Shown: positions 9,936 to 19,960 of the stretch, piece by piece | Layout: the number at the start of each line of letters is the position of its first letter | Numbering within the stretch: the stretch's first letter is position 1 | Source: an uncultured bacterium | Lineage (GTDB): Bacteria; Cloacimonadota; Cloacimonadia; Cloacimonadales; TCS61 | Assembly (NCBI GenBank): GCA_965370415.1 | Contig: CBDUTJ010000013.1 | Span: 2,030-66,029 of the forward strand | Length of the DNA stretch: 64,000 nt | Direction: 5' to 3' | The notes under the pieces: model-generated | What the model was told of the DNA's origin: nothing | Seen by the model: only the letters and a program-made list of their open reading frames with translations | The model's database searches: none | Program-made: the position numbers and the translations under genes

Positions 9936-11879
9936 TCATTTCAATAATATACATTTATTCACTGCTTTAGTTTTGCTGTTAATATTTAATTTGTACAGAT
10001 AAACACCAGAACTAACTAATCTTCCAACTTCATCATCTCCATTCCAGATTATTGAATGATCACCTTTAGAAAATTCATCGTATGCTAAAGTTTTGATTTT
10101 CTGTCCTTTGATGTTATAAACAGATAAATCAATTTTGTTGTTATTTTGAATTGAAAAACTAATTGTTGTTGTTGGATTAAAAGGGTTTGGATAATTTGAT
10201 AAATTTGTGTTTAAACTAATTATATTAGTTTCATTTATCTCAGAATTATTGTCTTGGATGAAAAGGTAAAAACCTGAGTTGCCCTCTAAAACTGCATCAA
10301 ATAAATCATCATCGTTTATGCAAGAAAAGTCAATAGAAGAATTATAACCAACATTCACATTTAAAAAATCGTCCTCAATTACCTCAAATTCATATGAATT
10401 GATTTCAATTTGTTCAAGATGTCGAATAACACCTGACCACGTACCAATAAATAGATCAAATTTTCCATCATCATCAATATCTATTATTTTTGGACTTGCT
10501 TGCCATTGACCATTAATCTCAGATCCTAAGCTTATTGTTGAATGTTCAAAGTTGTAAGGATCATTTTCAGATTGAATAAATAATGAGATTGTGCCTTTTT
10601 CATCTCCTAAAAGCATATCAAGTACTCCATCATTATTTAAATCAGCGAAATCAAAACCAACTCCCCAAAACTCAAATTCTCCAATAAAATCAAAATCATA
10701 CGAATCTGGTTCGCATTGTTCCCAAATTGTTTGATCTATAATCATATCCATTAATCCATCTTCATCAAAGTCATAAAATTTAATTATTGTTGCTTCATCT
10801 ATTCCATTAAATTGTTCATCAAGAAGCTCAAATTGATACGAGCCAAAGTAATCTTGTTCATAGAGATGAATTGTTGGATTATTTGCTGTGAATAAATCCA
10901 TTTCATCATCATAGTTTAAATCAATGAAAGTATGATTTACTCCGTTTATGTTATGAAATTCTACTATACTATCATCTAACAAATAAAATTCATTTGGGTT
11001 TTCGATTGATTGTTCTAAAATAAAAACTCTTTCTTCTCCACCTGGTTGTCGTATGATGTAATTCAAGCGACCATTTTGGTTAAAATCTTTACAATAAAGG
11101 TTTTCTCCATAATAGGAAAATTGGATACCTGGCGTTAGATACTGATTTATGTTTAGAAAGTTATCATCAATTAAGGTTAGTTCAAATGTGTTTTCCATTT
11201 CTTGCTCAAACCTATAAATATCAATATAATTGTCTACGTTATCTTGAATTACAATATCGTAAAGACCATTATTATCAATATCTATTATTTGAGGAATGAA
11301 AAGAGATTGGATATCAGGGAAAATATTATTTTGAATCAGCTGCAAATCGAAACTATCCGATGTTTGTTGTTCAAAAATGTCATAATGATAACCTACGCCA
11401 TACTCACGAGTTATTATAATACAATCATAAAGCCCATTATTATTCATATCTGAGAAATTTGACATACCCCGCCAATCATCAATATTATAATTATTTATTA
11501 CAATAGTAAAGTCAAGAGAGTTAATTGTTTCCTCTTCTTCAAGTATCCAATTACCATATTGGCTATAAATCATTTCTCGAAGACCATCGTTATCTAAATC
11601 TGAAAATACTGGTATATACCTACTATGTAAACAATCTTGAAAATTTCTTTCAACAATTTCTAATTCATATGAATCAGGAGTAATTTGTTCCCACCGATCT
11701 GTTGGAAGACTCCAGTTACTATTGAGAACATCGAGTAATCCATCATTATCCAAATCAAGAATAATAAAATCTACGTATAGACCTGAACGACCCCAACCAT
11801 CATTTGTTGTTTCAGTAAAAGTTTGGCATTGCAAAAAACTAGCAAAACCAATAATCAGTAATATAAATAATTTTCTCAT
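9936..11879 (-). CDS. secreted FG-GAP/VCBS-like repeat protein with T9SS sorting domain
   Basis: Recurrent Ca-binding-type DxDxDGxxD motifs (DLDNDGLLD, DIDNNGLYD, DFDEDGLMD, DLNNDGVLD, DIDDDGKFD). C-terminus [17 protein letters not shown]...GVYLYKLNINSKTKAVNKCILLK. GGAGGA RBS. Confidence 0.85.
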   Translation of the reverse strand: MRKLFILLIIGFASFLQCQTFTETTNDGWGRSGLYVDFIILDLDNDGLLDVLNSNWSLPTDRWEQITPDSYELEIVERNFQDCLHSRYIPVFSDLDNDGLREMIYSQYGNWILEEEETINSLDFTIVINNYNIDDWRGMSNFSDMNNNGLYDCIIITREYGVGYHYDIFEQQTSDSFDLQLIQNNIFPDIQSLFIPQIIDIDNNGLYDIVIQDNVDNYIDIYRFEQEMENTFELTLIDDNFLNINQYLTPGIQFSYYGENLYCKDFNQNGRLNYIIRQPGGEERVFILEQSIENPNEFYLLDDSIVEFHNINGVNHTFIDLNYDDEMDLFTANNPTIHLYEQDYFGSYQFELLDEQFNGIDEATIIKFYDFDEDGLMDMIIDQTIWEQCEPDSYDFDFIGEFEFWGVGFDFADLNNDGVLDMLLGDEKGTISLFIQSENDPYNFEHSTISLGSEINGQWQASPKIIDIDDDGKFDLFIGTWSGVIRHLEQIEINSYEFEVIEDDFLNVNVGYNSSIDFSCINDDDLFDAVLEGNSGFYLFIQDNNSEINETNIISLNTNLSNYPNPFNPTTTISFSIQNNNKIDLSVYNIKGQKIKTLAYDEFSKGDHSIIWNGDDEVGRLVSSGVYLYKLNINSKTKAVNKCILLK

Positions 11880-11902
11880 AATTCATCCTCCAAATTTTTT
11901 AA

Positions 11903-12208
11903 GTTGCTGCTAACGGCGGCGTGACACGTCAGATCGCCATGAGCAGTGGATTTGAGCTTGCTCAAACTCCTGCTGTGATTAGTGAGCTGATAAGAGACGA
12001 GCAAATCAAAGTCAAGGGTAGTCGATTTGCGAGTCCCCGTGTACGCATTTTTAAACGATGTTCCGCTTCGATACGGTTGCGAGTTTATCATAGTGTCACG
12101 CCCGCTTTAACCAACATGGAGCGAAGCGGAATGTTGATTAATGGTTTGAGCCTGCCACGTTCTTCTTGTTTTTCTTTCAATCTGAATGTGGAGGCTTTTG
12201 TTAGCAAC
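11903..12208 (-). repeat. intercistronic long hairpin, long form (copy L2, partly degenerate) carrying a nested insertion
   Basis: Outer arms GTTGCTGCTAA / TTAGCAAC. The inner arms changed coordinately relative to S1 (AGCCTGCCAC / GTGGAGGCT versus CAGCTGCCAC / GTGGAGCTG). Confidence 0.55.
11914..12141 (-). ncRNA. candidate structured RNA / MITE-like element (copy 2)
   Basis: Colinear with 5853-6077. The closing helix is CGGCGGCGTGACAC / GTGTCACGCCCGCT, a compensatory C-to-A and G-to-T change versus copy 1. The hairpin GGATTTGAG/CTCAAACTCC occupies the position of GGATATGA/TCATATCC. The segment ...GACGAGCAAATCAAAGTC...GATTTGC...GTCCCCGTG...AAACGAT.TTCCGCTTCGATACGGTTGCGAGT... and the loop GGAGCGAAGCGGAATG are conserved. 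Confidence 0.55.
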
Positions 12209-12264
12209 ATCGATCTTAGATACAATAATACGATCAATGTTAATATTTATTTTTCTTACTAAAG

Positions 12265-12840
12265 TCACTTTTCCCTTTTATGATTTTTAAAAGATTTATT
12301 TTCAGTAGAAGTTGGGATGTTATCTCTCTCTTCCGTTGAAGCAGTTACATAATAGAATTTCTTATCTGTTCCCGTAATGTTAGAAGTCCAAGTTTGCCGA
12401 TTACGGGTTTCATCACTGATATTCTTTTTTGTTTTCGTATTTTGTTTTCGGGATGAATTTAGCTTGGTTACAGAAGTATCACTGGTCGTTGTTCCAAAAG
12501 TTCCTGAACTACTGATATCAACAAACTGTCCATAAGGATCATCCGAAGCAAAGATTTTATAAGAATTAGCACTTGTTACTTCATCCCAAGAAAGTACAAC
12601 ATTACCACTGTTTGTTTCAATGCTTATATTAGTAGGTGAGCCTGGTGGTAACTCAGAGCTTTGAATGATTAAACCGATTCGATTTCCAACATCATCATAA
12701 GTATAAGAAATTATAGTTCCATTACCGTAATCGACATTTGTTAACCGGTTGAGATTATCATATTGATAAGAGATATTTTGTGAAAAAATTGTTAAAGGGT
12801 ATATCAATATGATAAAAATTAATAAAGTATAATATTTCAT
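12265..12840 (-). CDS. small secreted protein with two YD repeats and a fibronectin-III-like module
   Basis: Signal peptide MKYYTLLIFIILIYPLTIFSQ. YQYDNLNRLTNVDYGNGTIISYTYDDVGNRI is YD-repeat-like. PGSPTNISIETNSGNVVLSWDEV..ANSYKIF...KKFYYVTA is FN3-like. AAGGAGGA RBS, 16 nt after the RHS gene stop. Confidence 0.75.
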   Translation of the reverse strand: MKYYTLLIFIILIYPLTIFSQNISYQYDNLNRLTNVDYGNGTIISYTYDDVGNRIGLIIQSSELPPGSPTNISIETNSGNVVLSWDEVTSANSYKIFASDDPYGQFVDISSSGTFGTTTSDTSVTKLNSSRKQNTKTKKNISDETRNRQTWTSNITGTDKKFYYVTASTEERDNIPTSTENKSFKNHKREK

Positions 12841-12856
12841 TACTATTTCCTCCTTG

Positions 12857-15800
12857 TTATTGACGCTTATCTTTTAAAATCTCCAATATTCGATCACATA
12901 ATTTAATTTTCATTAAAGATTCACTTATATCGGTTCCTAAAATCTTTCTAATGGGATCAACAAATGTCATACGTCTACCATTTAACAGATAATCAATAGC
13001 TTCGTCCAATGTCGATTCCCCTTCTACAACTTCTAGTGCTAGTCTATCAATATCCCTTTTTGCTGAGTCCAGTATTCTCTTTTGCGATTTAGAAATTTCA
13101 AAATAGGCGACCGTATAATTAATAACATCTCCAGCTCCAGATACATTCCCAGCAACTGACATTATACCAGTTAATAATGGATCGTCATCTTCCATGGAAT
13201 CAAGACCCTTTGGATCAATATTAATCAATGGATTATTCCCGGCATAAGCATACAAATTCACATCCCAAATCGGATCTTCAGAAATAAACCTTCCGATTTC
13301 AGGATCAAAGTATCTTGCTCTCATAAAATATAAACCATTTTCTTCATCCATTACGCCAAATTGCCCAACAAAGCGGAAAGCATTATCATCCTCTTCTTCT
13401 TGTTCCAAAACCTGTCCAAAAGGGCCATAAGAATATTTATGAGTAAGAATACCATTTTCATCTGTCATCGCAATGGTGCTTCCTATTGAATCATATTGAT
13501 AGTAACGAGTATTATTATTGTTATCAATACGAGAAACAAGTCCTAAACCATAAATGTAATAATTCATAACATTCCCATTCTCGTCAGTTTCCATTAGAAT
13601 ATTACTCATCTGCCCATTTATATCAAGAACATATCTTGTTGTAACACCGTTTTTTGTAGCCGTGCGTCTATTACCAAAAAGGTCATAAACATAATTCGTA
13701 TTATTTATATCAATATCAGTTAATCTGTCCAAAACATCCCAGGTATAATTTGTTGTCGTAAAGCCTATTCTTTGAGTCATATTTCCGTTTACATCATGAC
13801 TGAAAGACGCGGAACCAGCAGATTGAATTCTATTGGCGTTATCATAAGAATACGATTCATTCAAATCAAGTAAAACAGGTAATGGATAAGGTTCAGTAAT
13901 GTCCTCTGAAAGGTGGTTTCCAATCGCATCAAGAACATAGCCGTAATCACAGATTAATCCTTGTGGACCTGTTGTAGTATAATTAGTTAAACGACTATTG
14001 TTATCGTAATCATAATTTGTTGTACATCCATTTGGATTCTGTATTTGGTATAAAGTTCCATCTGCACGATAAGTATATGTTGTTGTATTCCCGTTCCAAT
14101 CCGTTACAGAATTTAACTGGTTGTTATCATAATATGTATAATTAACTGTTTTATTATCAGGATAGGTTATGCTTCCAATGTTGTTTGCATCATCATAAGT
14201 GTATTGAACAACATTCTCATAATAATCGGTGTAATATAATAAACGATTTAAGCCGTCGTAAGAATTCAGCCAAATGTCTCCGTTATTATCAGAAAGGTGA
14301 ACTAAGTTGTTATTGTCATCATAAGATAGACTTCCATTTATAGCGCCTCCAGACAAATTATTTAATTTGCCTTGATTGTCGTATGCATAATTAATGGTTT
14401 GACCATCCGGTTTGATTTTTGTTTGAATTTGACCATTATCATAATAATTAAAGCTTGTCTGTTGCGAAAGTGGGTTACTAATTGTAGAGACTAAATCCAT
14501 ATCGTTATACGACATTGAGGTTGTTTGACCTGATGTAGATATTGATGTAAGATTGTCATTAGAATCATAATCATAATTTGTGGTTATATTAGCAGCATTA
14601 GTCACCGTATCTAAAAGATCATTATTCAAATATGAATAAGCTGTAGTTTGATTATTTGCATTTATCTTACTTGTTAAGCGACTTATATCATCACAATCAT
14701 AAGATGTTGTATGCCCTAAATTATCGATTATACTGGTAACACTACCATATTGATCATAATAGTATGATGAAGTTTGAGATAATGGATCATTCACTTGATT
14801 AATCGTTCCGTCAGAATTGTAATTAATACTCATCGAACCAAAAGGAGCGGGTTTGTTTATTGATGTAATATTTCCATAACTATCATAACCATATTGATAT
14901 TGTTTTCCTCTTGGATCTGTGTAATTAGTTACATCATTAAAAACATTATATTCGAATTGATGAATTATGCTGTATGGTTTTTCAATTGATTCAGCATTTC
15001 CTATTATATCATAGTCTATCATTGTATCATAATTATTTCCGTCAGTGATAATTGTTGGTTTAGTTGGATTAGATGTGTCGCCATAGTAATATGTAAAATT
15101 ACTACCGGTTGTTAGTATGCTTTGAATTAAACCATCTATTTCAGAAGTATATCCATAATCTTGGATTATCCCGTTTGCATCAGTAATTCGTGTTGCTGTA
15201 GGAACACTGTTATATCCATAGTCTACGGATATAAATTGACCTGTAGAGCCAATATTTTGAGAAATAATTTTCTTATTATTATAAGAATTAGTGATTATAT
15301 TATCTTCTGGTAATTGTATTTGTGTCAATAAGTGGTCTTCTCGATGGTCGGTATCATAAGAATAAGTAGTATAATGTCCAACAGCATCCGTAAATTGTAT
15401 TAGATTGTTATCATTATCATATTCAAACTGAATATTACGACCAATCGGATCTGTTACCTGATAAATTAATTGTTCCTTTCCTGCTTCAGTATGGTAGGTA
15501 AATATTAGTACTCTTCCTTTCGGACCTATTACAGATGTAAGTCTTCTCTCTGCTTCCGGTATATATGAGCAGGTTATAGTATTGTTATTTCTATCAGTAA
15601 TTGACGTTAAAAATGCCGTTTCATCTGTAGTGGGATTTAGGATTTCAAAAGTATAAACAACTTGATTTTTCTTCTTAATTTCATAAGTATCTGAAATTTT
15701 TATCAACTCATCATATACACCTAATGTTATCGGTTCCAATGTACTATTGTCATATATATGTATCGTTCCACCGGGCCAGAAAACAAAGATCAATACATCT

Positions 15801-18211
15801 GATTCAAAGATATATGCACTATAATTATGACTCCATCCTGGTCCCAAAGAATTAATTGGGCACATTAACCGGGTTGAATAAGAGTTATAAGTATGAGCAA
15901 AATCAAGAGACATTCTGCCACTTGGGATAGAAAAACTTGTTTTTGTATAATGATTAAAATTTCCATTTTGAGGATTAATACCATATCCTGCTGAAGGTTG
16001 TCTTTCATTCCAGGGACGCATCGCTAAATTACCACTAAGTGAAACATAAGCAAGAAAACCCCAGTCAATATAATCCGCATTAAAAGCATTGTTTCTTTCA
16101 ATTTCACTTGTAGTATAGAAATTGTCATTTACAATAGGATTTCCAGAATCAAGGTAAACATAATACATTTTTACTAATTCAGTGTGTGGTGATCCGAAAG
16201 CATATCCAGTTATACCTTCATAATCCCAGCCTGCAATAATCTTATTATCTTTATCTGTTTCATCTGTGGTATAATAATGTCTGTTTTCGCTCGGAATGCT
16301 ATTTTCACTTCCTTTATATAATCTGAAAATATTTACCAGATCAGTTGTATCAAAAGGATATAGTGATAAATAACCTTCGGTTTTTTCATAGTTATAGCCA
16401 TCTGAATTTGCTTGAACTAAATGACTATCTGCAGTGCAATAAAAATGATCCATGTCTCCCGGATGATATGCTCTGTAAATAGGAACCCAATCAGGTTCAT
16501 CAAGTTTTGTTGGTGAATATGTGAAAGTGCTAACTGATGATACAATGGAATCACCATTTGCGAAAAAGCCTTTTACCTTCCAATAATAGTAATTCTCAGA
16601 AAGCCAATTTCCACAAAGCTCATACGATGTTCCGTAAATATCCTCAAATACTGAATGCCTGTCTGCAATTTCCGGTGAACCAAATCCTTCATTATTGTCT
16701 ACTATCAATTCGTAGTGATTTGCACCAACTTCAGTCCAACTAAAGATAATTTCTGATGTAGTTATTGTTTCATCTATTGTGGGGGTCAATAAACTGATTA
16801 CTGATGTATGAAAATTATATCCTTCTACCCATTGAGGATCATTTATCAAAGTTCCATTATTAGCATATTGAGTTTTATCATAAGCCACATTTCCAATGCC
16901 TTCATTAAAATCCCAGTAACCTACTAAATCTGTTGTATCTGCAGGATTGTTCATGTTAAGTTCACGATATATTCTTTCTTGGATTTCTTGCTGTGACAAA
17001 GCTCGTTTCCATATTCTGACTTCTTCAATCAATCCGTCAAAATGGTAATTGCCAATTGAATATATTGAAGCGCCTATTAGAACTTTTGAATTAGAATTGT
17101 AGATACTACCTGTTTGACCTAAACCTGTTCCTCTTTCTATTCCATCTACAAATATTCTTATTGTATTATCAAAAACATTATAGATTCCAGCTAAATGATA
17201 ATAGTTATTTAATACTAAAACACTATCAGCAGTAGCATTGAATTCACCATTTATTCCATCACCCGATACAGCAAATAATGCATACCCATTATCCACTCTT
17301 AATACCCAACTTCCTCTATTATCTGATTCCGTCTTCCACTTCGAGACAATATGAGCATCAGTAAATGAATCTGCTTTAATCCAAGCTTCTATTGTTATTT
17401 CATCTTGAATATCAAAGCTATCATCATTTCCACAATCGACATAATCATCATTACCATCAAAATCAAGAGCGTATTGACCTGAAGAATGGAACATTGTTTT
17501 ACTTCCAACTTCACCCCAGTTATCTTCTGAATCTTTAAATCGGACAAAGATAGTATGCAATCCTGAATCTAATCCTGTTGTGGATATGTCATTAAGATAA
17601 GCTGTAGCTGTTGAACTTCCAAACGATCCTGTTAAAAATGTTCCGTTTCCTTGCCCCGGATCTGTATCTATAAAATATTCTGCTGATATGATCACACCTG
17701 AATTCGGATTTCCTACATTTAGAAAAACTGCTGTTGATTCACCCCAATTATTATCTGAATCTTTGAAACGAACATAAACAATATGTGTACCAAACGAAAG
17801 CCACGAAGTTGAAATTCCTGATAATGAAGCAGTAGCTGTTGTACTTCCGAATGTTCCTGATAAAGATGTTCCGTTTCCTTCTCCCGGATCTGTATCAATG
17901 AAGTATTCAGCGGAAGTAATTATACCAGAATCAGGATTTCCTACGTTCAGGAATATTGCTGCCGGTTCACCCCAATTATCATCAGAATCTTCGAAGCGAA
18001 CATAGACAGTATGAGTTCCCAAAGAAAGTTCAGAAGTTGAAATTCCTGATAATGAAGCAGTAGCTGTTGAACTTCCGAATGTTCCTGATAAAGATGTTCC
18101 GTTTCCTTCTCCCGGATCTGTATCAATGAAGTATTCAGCTGATATGATTGTATTTGCAAAAGAAATTATTGGAAAGATACAAATAAATAATAAAATTAGC
18201 ATTATTTTCAT
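12857..18211 (-). CDS. RHS/YD-repeat polymorphic-toxin-like protein (signal peptide, 3 tandem N-terminal modules, LamG-like domain, DHFYT-type repeats, YD shell, variable C-terminal tip)
   Basis: 1784 aa. LDFDGNDDYVDCGN...W is LamG/ConA-like. YRAYHPGDMDHFYC, RHYYTTDE and DNFYTTSE resemble DUF5648-type repeats. Dozens of YD repeats (YxYDxxGN). RHS core end is RARYFDPEIGRFISEDPI...NLYAYAGNNPLINIDPKGL, followed by about 115 aa of unrecognised sequence. Confidence 0.9.
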   Translation of the reverse strand: MKIMLILLFICIFPIISFANTIISAEYFIDTDPGEGNGTSLSGTFGSSTATASLSGISTSELSLGTHTVYVRFEDSDDNWGEPAAIFLNVGNPDSGIITSAEYFIDTDPGEGNGTSLSGTFGSTTATASLSGISTSWLSFGTHIVYVRFKDSDNNWGESTAVFLNVGNPNSGVIISAEYFIDTDPGQGNGTFLTGSFGSSTATAYLNDISTTGLDSGLHTIFVRFKDSEDNWGEVGSKTMFHSSGQYALDFDGNDDYVDCGNDDSFDIQDEITIEAWIKADSFTDAHIVSKWKTESDNRGSWVLRVDNGYALFAVSGDGINGEFNATADSVLVLNNYYHLAGIYNVFDNTIRIFVDGIERGTGLGQTGSIYNSNSKVLIGASIYSIGNYHFDGLIEEVRIWKRALSQQEIQERIYRELNMNNPADTTDLVGYWDFNEGIGNVAYDKTQYANNGTLINDPQWVEGYNFHTSVISLLTPTIDETITTSEIIFSWTEVGANHYELIVDNNEGFGSPEIADRHSVFEDIYGTSYELCGNWLSENYYYWKVKGFFANGDSIVSSVSTFTYSPTKLDEPDWVPIYRAYHPGDMDHFYCTADSHLVQANSDGYNYEKTEGYLSLYPFDTTDLVNIFRLYKGSENSIPSENRHYYTTDETDKDNKIIAGWDYEGITGYAFGSPHTELVKMYYVYLDSGNPIVNDNFYTTSEIERNNAFNADYIDWGFLAYVSLSGNLAMRPWNERQPSAGYGINPQNGNFNHYTKTSFSIPSGRMSLDFAHTYNSYSTRLMCPINSLGPGWSHNYSAYIFESDVLIFVFWPGGTIHIYDNSTLEPITLGVYDELIKISDTYEIKKKNQVVYTFEILNPTTDETAFLTSITDRNNNTITCSYIPEAERRLTSVIGPKGRVLIFTYHTEAGKEQLIYQVTDPIGRNIQFEYDNDNNLIQFTDAVGHYTTYSYDTDHREDHLLTQIQLPEDNIITNSYNNKKIISQNIGSTGQFISVDYGYNSVPTATRITDANGIIQDYGYTSEIDGLIQSILTTGSNFTYYYGDTSNPTKPTIITDGNNYDTMIDYDIIGNAESIEKPYSIIHQFEYNVFNDVTNYTDPRGKQYQYGYDSYGNITSINKPAPFGSMSINYNSDGTINQVNDPLSQTSSYYYDQYGSVTSIIDNLGHTTSYDCDDISRLTSKINANNQTTAYSYLNNDLLDTVTNAANITTNYDYDSNDNLTSISTSGQTTSMSYNDMDLVSTISNPLSQQTSFNYYDNGQIQTKIKPDGQTINYAYDNQGKLNNLSGGAINGSLSYDDNNNLVHLSDNNGDIWLNSYDGLNRLLYYTDYYENVVQYTYDDANNIGSITYPDNKTVNYTYYDNNQLNSVTDWNGNTTTYTYRADGTLYQIQNPNGCTTNYDYDNNSRLTNYTTTGPQGLICDYGYVLDAIGNHLSEDITEPYPLPVLLDLNESYSYDNANRIQSAGSASFSHDVNGNMTQRIGFTTTNYTWDVLDRLTDIDINNTNYVYDLFGNRRTATKNGVTTRYVLDINGQMSNILMETDENGNVMNYYIYGLGLVSRIDNNNNTRYYQYDSIGSTIAMTDENGILTHKYSYGPFGQVLEQEEEDDNAFRFVGQFGVMDEENGLYFMRARYFDPEIGRFISEDPIWDVNLYAYAGNNPLINIDPKGLDSMEDDDPLLTGIMSVAGNVSGAGDVINYTVAYFEISKSQKRILDSAKRDIDRLALEVVEGESTLDEAIDYLLNGRRMTFVDPIRKILGTDISESLMKIKLCDRILEILKDKRQ
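17498..18151 (-). repeat. three tandem ~228-bp (76-aa) intragenic repeats at the RHS N-terminus
   Basis: The protein repeats IISAEYFIDTDPGEGNGTSLSGTFGS(S/T)TATASLSGISTS.LS.GTH.VYVRF.DSD.NWGE....FLNVGNP.SG three times. The third copy is more diverged. Confidence 0.8.
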
Positions 18212-18244
18212 TTGGTGCTCCCTTGTTCTTGAAAGAATTTAGAT

Positions 18245-19207
18245 TTATTTTATTTGACCGGTTGCTTCAATATCAAATGTCTCCCCAGGATAAACCGATT
18301 CCGGAGTTATTTGAATATCCATTACTGTTGGATAACCTGATCCCCACTGCTGAGGTCCTCCGTAAATTCCCATATCATTTCGAGTTCCGTCTAGGTCTTC
18401 GTATTCAAAACCTGTAATGCCGGAATCAATGCAAGGTGAACCTGATTGGAGATAATAGTTAGATTCAACTAAATCAAAAAATATTGGATCTTGATAAATG
18501 TTATTACTCCCCGTGTTTACTCCGCTTGTATTAGTTACATTGTTATTAAAACAATTATAATCAAGTGTTCCCATATAAGAACCACCATTATAATTAATAA
18601 TTCCATAATTTGTGCTATTTATAATAATATTGCTATAAATATTCGCATAACAATCAGCTGAACCAGAACTAGCTGTCCGCATAGAAATACCTGAAGAACA
18701 ATTTTGAATTACATTATTTATAATAGTACCTCCGAATGTATTAAAATTGATCGCATAATCAAATGTTATTCCCTTTGAGCAATTTCTAATAATGCAATTA
18801 TTAACCGTAATATATTCTTCATCAATAAAGATCCCATCAGTACAATTCTCAATTATACAATGTTTAATGATTGGGGTTGAAGCGTATATTTCGATACCCT
18901 TATTAGTACATATGATCTTAAGATTTAAAATTGTAACATTTCCGTTGTTAATTTTAATTGCATAACTTGAATTCGTCTGAATAACTGTTGAATTAGGATC
19001 AATCCCTTCCAGCGTAATAGCTTTCGAAATACTTATGGATTCCAGATATGTTGCAGGATAAATTAAAATAACATCTCCATCCGCAGAGGCACTGTAAGCA
19101 GCGTTAATTGTGTAATATGGACCATTGAATTTATCTACAACAAGAGTTGTAGAAAAGACTGATACTGTGATCAGTATCATAATAACAAAACAAATTAGAT
19201 TTTTCAT
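18245..19207 (-). CDS. secreted right-handed beta-helix protein (NosD/pectin-lyase-fold-like)
   Basis: Signal peptide. Repeated I..N.I.NC..GI motifs (IIENCTDGIFI, IIRNCSKGITF, VIQNCSSGISM). GGGAGGA RBS. No T9SS sorting domain. Confidence 0.75.
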   Translation of the reverse strand: MKNLICFVIMILITVSVFSTTLVVDKFNGPYYTINAAYSASADGDVILIYPATYLESISISKAITLEGIDPNSTVIQTNSSYAIKINNGNVTILNLKIICTNKGIEIYASTPIIKHCIIENCTDGIFIDEEYITVNNCIIRNCSKGITFDYAINFNTFGGTIINNVIQNCSSGISMRTASSGSADCYANIYSNIIINSTNYGIINYNGGSYMGTLDYNCFNNNVTNTSGVNTGSNNIYQDPIFFDLVESNYYLQSGSPCIDSGITGFEYEDLDGTRNDMGIYGGPQQWGSGYPTVMDIQITPESVYPGETFDIEATGQIK

Positions 19208-19555
19208 TTTTTCCTCCCAATTTTCACTTTCTTATTTTGATCAATCGATTATTTTTTATCATCCTTAACATCTCTTCATTTTAATGCAAATATCACAGAA
19301 AAGCTTATTCATTTTACTTTTATTTAAACAAAAAACGATAACAAACTTTTTCATATACCATCCCGTATTATGTTCGGTTATTATTTATCAATCTTTTAAT
19401 GATTTTTATGAAAATTTAGTCAACTATTTTATTAAAGTAATAATTAATTATATTTTAAATGCTACGATTTTTCCATTTTGTATTTCCTTTTTCAGAAACA
19501 AAAAAATCAGCCAATAGCTAAAAAAAGAGTCCGGATATAAAGGAACAACGGGAGA

Positions 19556-19672
19556 TCAATCCCGTTGCTCCAAATAGATCACTTCACCAAAGGGTGGTGT
19601 GAAGTTAGCTTTATCAGTTAATATCCACAAAATCGGATAATCAGGTGGCTCCGGAAATGAATCACACTGAGT
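19556..19672 (-). pseudogene. 3' fragment of a second, diverged copy of the island VWA/zincin gene
   Basis: Translates to CDSFPEPPDYPILWILTDKANFTPPFGEVIYLEQRD*, against CDSFPEPPDYPTLWILTDKANFKPPFGEVIHMG* at the end of the 37419-38534 gene. The DNA aligns by eye over about 95 nt with scattered mismatches. An in-frame stop lies just upstream. Confidence 0.65.
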
Positions 19673-19791
19673 TTAAAAGATCTAAAATGGAAGATAATTT
19701 TGTTTATGTAGTTTTAGATAGAGCAAAATAGACATGCATATTATCAACAGAACGGGGTTTTGAAGGAAAAAGGAAGCCAAATGGCTTCCCT

Positions 19792-19960
19792 TTATTTCAA
19801 TAAAATCATCTTCTTAACTTTCTGATAATCACCGGCTTTTAGCCTATAGAAATAGATTCCTGAGCCCTGTTTATTCGCATTCCATGGATAATCATGTTTA
19901 CTTGCATTTTGTAGCGGAGTGGAAAAATGACAGGTGAACAATTTGTTATGCTGAAGAGTT
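19792..19960 (-). pseudogene. orphan 3' fragment of a T9SS sorting domain
   Basis: Translates to ...TPLQNASKHDYPWNANKQGSGIYFYRLKAGDYQKVKKMILLK*, with an upstream in-frame stop and no N-terminal part. It is followed by the hairpin GGAAGCC-ATTT-GGCTTCC plus a T-run (19772-19789). Confidence 0.65.

Noticed and set aside
3502-12208. CRISPR array interpretation of the repeated intergenic hairpins
   Set aside because: The copies are kilobases apart, each separated by a full-length gene. They are ~80-300 nt long and imperfect, with no regularly spaced short spacers and no cas genes in the window.
19284-19517. 77-aa plus-strand ORF in the AT-rich gap upstream of the beta-helix gene
   Set aside because: Extremely AT-rich with Ile/Phe/Asn/Lys-dominated composition and no RBS. 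It is likely a promoter or spacer region for the 18245 gene.
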